Virus record (IMG/VR): IMGVR_UViG_2698536651_000002
Coordinates: 1-6,328 of that record
Source of the DNA: a virus
Taxonomy: Duplodnaviria > Heunggongvirae > Uroviricota > Caudoviricetes
Reading direction: 5' to 3' (one strand)
DNA length: 6,328 nt
The notes beneath the pieces were generated by a model, which ran no database searches, was not told the origin of the DNA, and worked only from the letters and a program-made list of their open reading frames with translations. The number at the start of each line of letters is the position of its first letter. Positions within the stretch are counted from its first letter, which is position 1. The position numbers and the translations under genes are program-made. Shown one piece after another: positions 1 through 6,328 of the stretch.

Positions 1-1059
1 CTGACAGCAGATGAAAAAAGCGTGCTGGCGCATAAGGATGAACTGATTCAGGCGCTGACGCTGCTGGATGCAAAACAGCAGGAGCTGCAGAAGCAGACGG
101 CGCTGAATGACCTTAAGAAAAAATCTATTCAGCTTGCCAGCCAGCTGGCGGAAGAGGAACGGACTCTGCGTCAGCAACATGACCTGGATATCGCCACGAC
201 AGGGATGGGGGATAAACAGCGTCAGCGATACCAGGCGCAGTTCAGTCTGCAACAAAAATACCAGCAGCAACTGGAACAGCTGGAGCGTGACAGTAAGCAG
301 AAAGGAACATACGGCACAGATGAATACCGGAATGCTGAGCAGATGCTGACAGACAGTCTTAACCGGCAACTGAATGAAAACAGACGCTACTGGCAGGAAC
401 AGGAACTGATGCAGGCAGACTGGAAAAACGGTGCCATGCGGGCGTTTCAGAATTTTACAGAGAGTGCGGATAACGCGGCAGGTACCGCTGAGCAGATGTT
501 TACAGCGGCATTTAACAGTGCAGGTAATGCACTGGCGACGTTCTGTACCACCGGAAAACTGAACTTCAAATCTTTTACCGCCTCGCTCCTTTCTGATCTG
601 GCAAAAATCATGTCGCAGATGGCCATGATGCAGGCAGTTAAGGGGATTGGTTCGGCGTTTGGCTGGGGGAGTGCAGCAACTGCCAGTGTGACGCCCAATG
701 CTGATGGTGGTGTTTATCAGTCTGCTGATTTGAGTCGCTACAGTGGCACGGTGGTTAACCGTCCTACGTTTTTTGCTTTTGCAAAAGGCGCGGGGGTGAT
801 GGGAGAAGCAGGCCCTGAAGCCATTCTGCCATTGCGTCGTGGTGCTGATGGCAAGCTGGGTGTTGTGGCGGATATTGGTGGTGAAGGTATGGTGATGTTT
901 GCCCCGCAGTACAACATCGAGATCAATAACGATGGTACGAACGGGCAGATAGGTCCGGCTGCCCTGAAGGTGGTTTATGACCTCGGGAAAAAAGCAGCAG
1001 CGGACTTTATGCAACAGCAGTCCCGTGATGGTGGTCAGTTAAGCGGAGCATATCGGTAA
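1..1059 (+). CDS. H: Tail tape measure protein, C-terminal part (5'-partial; reading frame is open from base 1, stop TAA at 1057..1059)
   Basis: Frame-1 ORF open from the window edge (track shows it from the first in-frame ATG at 22). The translation has a Gln/Glu/Lys-rich coiled-coil-like segment (LQKQTALNDLKKK...QQKYQQQLEQLERDSKQK), then a hydrophobic and Gly-rich tail ending ...GQLSGAYR. It sits directly upstream of M-L-K-I-J, as in lambda. Recognised from memory as the gpH C-terminus; not verified by search. Confidence 0.88.
   Translation: MTADEKSVLAHKDELIQALTLLDAKQQELQKQTALNDLKKKSIQLASQLAEEERTLRQQHDLDIATTGMGDKQRQRYQAQFSLQQKYQQQLEQLERDSKQKGTYGTDEYRNAEQMLTDSLNRQLNENRRYWQEQELMQADWKNGAMRAFQNFTESADNAAGTAEQMFTAAFNSAGNALATFCTTGKLNFKSFTASLLSDLAKIMSQMAMMQAVKGIGSAFGWGSAATASVTPNADGGVYQSADLSRYSGTVVNRPTFFAFAKGAGVMGEAGPEAILPLRRGADGKLGVVADIGGEGMVMFAPQYNIEINNDGTNGQIGPAALKVVYDLGKKAAADFMQQQSRDGGQLSGAYR
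1045..1048 (+). promoter_or_regulatory. Shine-Dalgarno (GGAG) for M, embedded in the 3' end of H
   Basis: GGAG 10 nt upstream of ATG 1059, which overlaps the H stop codon. Confidence 0.45.
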
Positions 1060-1388
1060 TGGAAACTTTTCACTGGAAAATTCGCCCTGATATGGCTGTG
1101 GCATCGGAACCGAAGGTGTTGACGGTAAAGCTGGGGGATGGCTATGAGCAGCGGCGACCGGCAGGGCTGAATAATGTATTGCCCGTTTACAGTGTGACTA
1201 TCCGGATACGTAAAGGAGAACATCAGTCGCTGGAGGATTTTCTGGTGCGACATGGCGGTGTCAGAGCGTTTCAGTGGACACCACCTTATGGCTGGAAACC
1301 TGTCAGGGTGGTTTGTCGTAAATGGTCGGCAAGCGTTGGTGCGTTATGGGTAACTGTAACGGCAGATTTTGAGCAGGTGGTAAACTGA
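1059..1388 (+). CDS. M: Minor tail protein M (tail tip assembly), 109 aa
   Basis: ORF of 109 aa (METFHWKIRPDMAVASEPKVLTVKLGDGYEQRRPAGLNNVLPVYSV...), the same length as lambda gpM and recognisably the same sequence. ATG overlaps the H stop (TAATG); GGAG at 1045..1048. Confidence 0.92.
   Translation: METFHWKIRPDMAVASEPKVLTVKLGDGYEQRRPAGLNNVLPVYSVTIRIRKGEHQSLEDFLVRHGGVRAFQWTPPYGWKPVRVVCRKWSASVGALWVTVTADFEQVVN
1375..1380 (+). promoter_or_regulatory. Shine-Dalgarno (AGGTGG) for L
   Basis: AGGTGG 7 nt upstream of ATG 1388. Confidence 0.55.
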
Positions 1389-2086
1389 TGCAGGATATAC
1401 AGCAGGAAACACAGAATGAGTGTACAAAATCGGAGCAATCCGCGCAGGTCGAGCTCTGGGAAATCGATCTGACAGAGGTCGGTGGAGAACGTTATTTTTT
1501 CTGTAATGAGCAGAACGAAAAAGGTGAGCCGGTCACCTGGCAGGGGCGACAGTATCAGGCGTATCCCATTCAGGGGAGCGGTTTTGAACTGAACGGCAAG
1601 GGCAGTGCTGCCCGTCCGACACTGACGGTCTCTAACCTGTACGGTACGGTCACCGGAATGGCGGAAGACCTGCAGAGTCTGGTTGGCGGAACGGTGGTCC
1701 GGCGTAAGGTTTACGCCCGTTTTCTGGATGCGGTGAACTTCGCAAACGGAAACAGCGAAGCCGATCCGGAGCAGGAGATTATCAGCCGCTGGCGCATCGA
1801 GCAGTGTAGCAATTTAACAGCGGTAAGTGCCTCCTTTGTACTGTCCACGCCGACGGAAACGGATGGCGCTGTTTTTCCGGGACGTATCATGCTGGCCAAC
1901 ACCTGCACCTGGACCTATCGCGGTGATGAGTGCGGTTATCACGGTCCGGCGGTCGCGGATGAATATGACCAGCCGACGTCCGATATCACGAAGGATAAAT
2001 GCAGCAAATGCCTGAGCGGTTGTAAGTTCCGCAATAACGTCGGCAACTTTGGCGGCTTCCTTTCCATTAACAAACTTTCGCAGTAA
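1388..2086 (+). CDS. L: Minor tail protein L (tail tip assembly; lambda gpL is reported to bind an iron-sulfur cluster), 232 aa
   Basis: ORF of 232 aa (MQDIQQETQNECTKSEQSAQVELWEIDLTEVGGERYFFCNE...), the same length as lambda gpL. C-terminal Cys cluster (NTCTW, DECGYHG, KDKCSKCLSGCKF). ATG overlaps the M stop (TGATG); AGGTGG Shine-Dalgarno at 1375..1380. Confidence 0.92.
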   Translation: MQDIQQETQNECTKSEQSAQVELWEIDLTEVGGERYFFCNEQNEKGEPVTWQGRQYQAYPIQGSGFELNGKGSAARPTLTVSNLYGTVTGMAEDLQSLVGGTVVRRKVYARFLDAVNFANGNSEADPEQEIISRWRIEQCSNLTAVSASFVLSTPTETDGAVFPGRIMLANTCTWTYRGDECGYHGPAVADEYDQPTSDITKDKCSKCLSGCKFRNNVGNFGGFLSINKLSQ

Positions 2087-2091
2087 ATCCC

Positions 2092-2835
2092 ATGACACAG
2101 ACAGAATCAGCGATTCTGGCGCACGCCCGGCGATGTGCGCCAGCGGAGTCGTGCGGCTTCGTGGTAAGCACGCCGGAGGGGGAAAGATATTTCCCCTGCG
2201 TGAATATCTCCGGTGAGCCGGAGGCGTATTTCCGTATGTCGCCGGAAGACTGGCTGCAGGCAGAAATGCAGGGTGAGATTGTGGCGCTGGTCCACAGCCA
2301 CCCCGGTGGTCTGCCCTGGCTGAGTGAGGCTGACAGGCGGCTGCAGGTGCAGAGCGATTTGCCTTGGTGGCTGGTCTGCCGGGGTGAGATTTATAAATTC
2401 CGCTGTGTGCCGCATCTCACCGGGCGGCGCTTTGAGCACGGGGTGACGGACTGTTACACGCTGTTCCGGGATGCTTATCATCTGGCGGGGATTGAGATGC
2501 CGGATTTTCATCGCGAGGATGACTGGTGGCGTAACGGTCAGAATCTCTATCTGGATAATCTGGAGGCCACGGGGCTGTATCAGGTGCCGTTGTCATCAGC
2601 ACAACCGGGCGATGTGCTGTTGTGCTGTTTTGGTTCATCGGTGCCGAATCATGCCGCCATTTACTGTGGTGACGGCGAGCTGCTGCACCATATTCCTGAA
2701 CAACTGAGCAAACGAGAGAGGTATACCGACAAATGGCAGCGACGCACACACTCCCTCTGGCGTCACCGGGCATGGCACGCATCTGCCTTTACGGGGATTT
2801 ACAACGATTTGGTCGCCGCATCGATCTGCGTGTGA
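2092..2835 (+). CDS. K: Tail assembly protein K; predicted JAMM/MPN metallopeptidase domain (N-terminal) plus NlpC/P60-type papain-like domain (C-terminal). Alternative internal start at ATG 2236 would give the 199-aa form.
   Basis: ORF of 247 aa. The JAMM signature H-x-H-x7-S-x2-D is visible as HSHPGGLPWLSEAD, with a candidate upstream Glu in PAESCGFVV. The C-terminal part has Cys/His residues consistent with NlpC/P60 (DCYTLF ... HAAIY ... HH). No Shine-Dalgarno before ATG 2092 (5 nt after the L stop, so probably translationally coupled); GGAGG at 2220..2224 precedes the internal ATG 2236. Confidence 0.85.
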   Translation: MTQTESAILAHARRCAPAESCGFVVSTPEGERYFPCVNISGEPEAYFRMSPEDWLQAEMQGEIVALVHSHPGGLPWLSEADRRLQVQSDLPWWLVCRGEIYKFRCVPHLTGRRFEHGVTDCYTLFRDAYHLAGIEMPDFHREDDWWRNGQNLYLDNLEATGLYQVPLSSAQPGDVLLCCFGSSVPNHAAIYCGDGELLHHIPEQLSKRERYTDKWQRRTHSLWRHRAWHASAFTGIYNDLVAASICV

Positions 2836-3380
2836 AAACGGGAGCCGAAGCCATCCGGGCGCTGGCTATGCAGTTTCCGGCGTTTCGTCAGAAACTGAGC
2901 GACGGCTGGTATCAGGTGCGCATTGCCGGGCGTGATGCAGGCGAAAACGAATTATCAGCTCGTCTTAATGAGCCGCTGGCAAATGGTGCCGTGATCCACA
3001 TCGTGCCGCGTCTGGCGGGAGCTAAAAGTGGCGGTGTGTTTCAGGTGGTGCTGGGGGCGGCGCTGATTGCTGTGGCATGGTGGAACCCTGTGGGCTGGCT
3101 GGGTGCCGCGGCTGTATCGGGCATGTATGCGGCAGGGGCCAGTATGATCCTGGGTGGTGTGGCCCAGATGCTGGCACCGAAAGCCCGGACGCCCACAGCG
3201 ACCAGCACGGATAACGGTAAGCAGAACACCTTTTTTTCCTCGCTGGATAATATGATCGCCCAGGGGAATCCGTTACCGGTACTGTATGGTGAGATGCGTG
3301 TGGGGTCTCGTGTGGTTTCTCAGGAGATCAGCACGGCAGATGAAGGGGACGGTGGTCAGGTTGTGGTGATTGGCCGCTGA
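2733..3380 (+). CDS. I: Tail assembly protein I; N-terminal ubiquitin-like (beta-grasp) domain ending in Gly-Gly, followed by a Gly/Ala-rich hydrophobic segment and a conserved C-terminal region
   Basis: ORF of 215 aa (MAATHTLPLASPGMARICLYGDLQRFGRRIDLRVKTG...HIVPRLAGAKSGG...LPVLYGEMRVGSRVVSQEISTADEGDGGQVVVIGR), recognisably lambda gpI-like at both ends. It starts inside K in a different frame (overlap 2733..2835). An alternative in-frame start is ATG 2772 (MARICLYG...). Confidence 0.85.
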   Translation: MAATHTLPLASPGMARICLYGDLQRFGRRIDLRVKTGAEAIRALAMQFPAFRQKLSDGWYQVRIAGRDAGENELSARLNEPLANGAVIHIVPRLAGAKSGGVFQVVLGAALIAVAWWNPVGWLGAAAVSGMYAAGASMILGGVAQMLAPKARTPTATSTDNGKQNTFFSSLDNMIAQGNPLPVLYGEMRVGSRVVSQEISTADEGDGGQVVVIGR

Positions 3381-3398
3381 TGCAAAATGTTTTATGTG

Positions 3399-3424
3399 AA
3401 ACCGCCTCCGGGCGGTTTTGTCGT
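3399..3424 (+). terminator. Intrinsic-terminator-like hairpin between I and J: 8-bp perfect stem (AAACCGCC / GGCGGTTT), 4-nt loop (TCCG), then a T-rich tract (TTTTGTCGTTT)
   Basis: Seen directly: 3399..3406 aaaccgcc, 3407..3410 tccg, 3411..3418 ggcggttt, followed by tttt g tcg ttt. It lies in the 60-nt I-J intergenic gap, upstream of the J Shine-Dalgarno. Confidence 0.4.
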
Positions 3425-3428
3425 TTAT

Positions 3429-3432
3429 GGAG
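3429..3432 (+). promoter_or_regulatory. Shine-Dalgarno (GGAG) for J
   Basis: GGAG 8 nt upstream of ATG 3441. Confidence 0.55.
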
Positions 3433-3437
3433 CATGA

Positions 3438-6328
<2,891 letters not shown>

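Noticed and set aside
107-2098. Assorted short alternate-frame or antisense ORFs within H, M and L (107..349 +, 447..698 -, 738..926 -, 1035..1253 -, 1711..1908 -, 1814..2098 -, 1827..2015 +)
   Set aside because: Each is nested inside a recognisable tail gene in another frame or strand, is under 100 aa and has no motif or translation signals. These are expected by chance in coding DNA.
2107-2782. Minus-strand ORFs (134 aa and 121 aa) and a + strand alternate-frame ORF (2471..2707, 78 aa) inside K
   Set aside because: All lie inside the K coding frame, which has clear JAMM and NlpC/P60 motifs. The translations are Arg/Pro/Cys-rich and low-complexity with no supporting start signals.
3434-3436. 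ATG at 3434 as an alternative J start
   Set aside because: It is out of frame with the long J ORF and hits a stop after 8 codons. ATG 3441 with GGAG at 3429..3432 is the start.

Overview
This window reads as a canonical lambdoid (phage lambda-like) tail-tip assembly block, all on the + strand and tightly packed: the 3' end of the tape measure gene H (1..1059), then M (1059..1388), L (1388..2086), K (2092..2835), I (2733..3380), and the first ~962 codons of the host-specificity/central tail fibre gene J (3441 to the window end, no stop). Calls rest on reading the ORF translations and recognising them from memory as lambda gpH/M/L/K/I/J; no database search was run, so I cannot give identity values. 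The gene order H-M-L-K-I-J, the 1-nt stop/start overlaps and the ~100-nt K/I out-of-frame overlap match the lambda late operon. I see no evidence of a novel or undescribed system here: no morons, no inserted cargo genes, no RNA genes, no CRISPR, and no gaps above ~60 nt. The points most worth a second look are known but under-annotated biology: (a) K encodes a JAMM/MPN plus NlpC/P60 two-domain protein next to I, which has a ubiquitin-like domain ending in Gly-Gly; (b) the K start codon is ambiguous; (c) gpL has a Cys cluster; (d) a terminator-like hairpin sits between I and J; (e) gpI has a Gly/Ala-rich hydrophobic segment. All minus-strand ORFs in the track look like antisense artefacts of GC-rich coding sequence.
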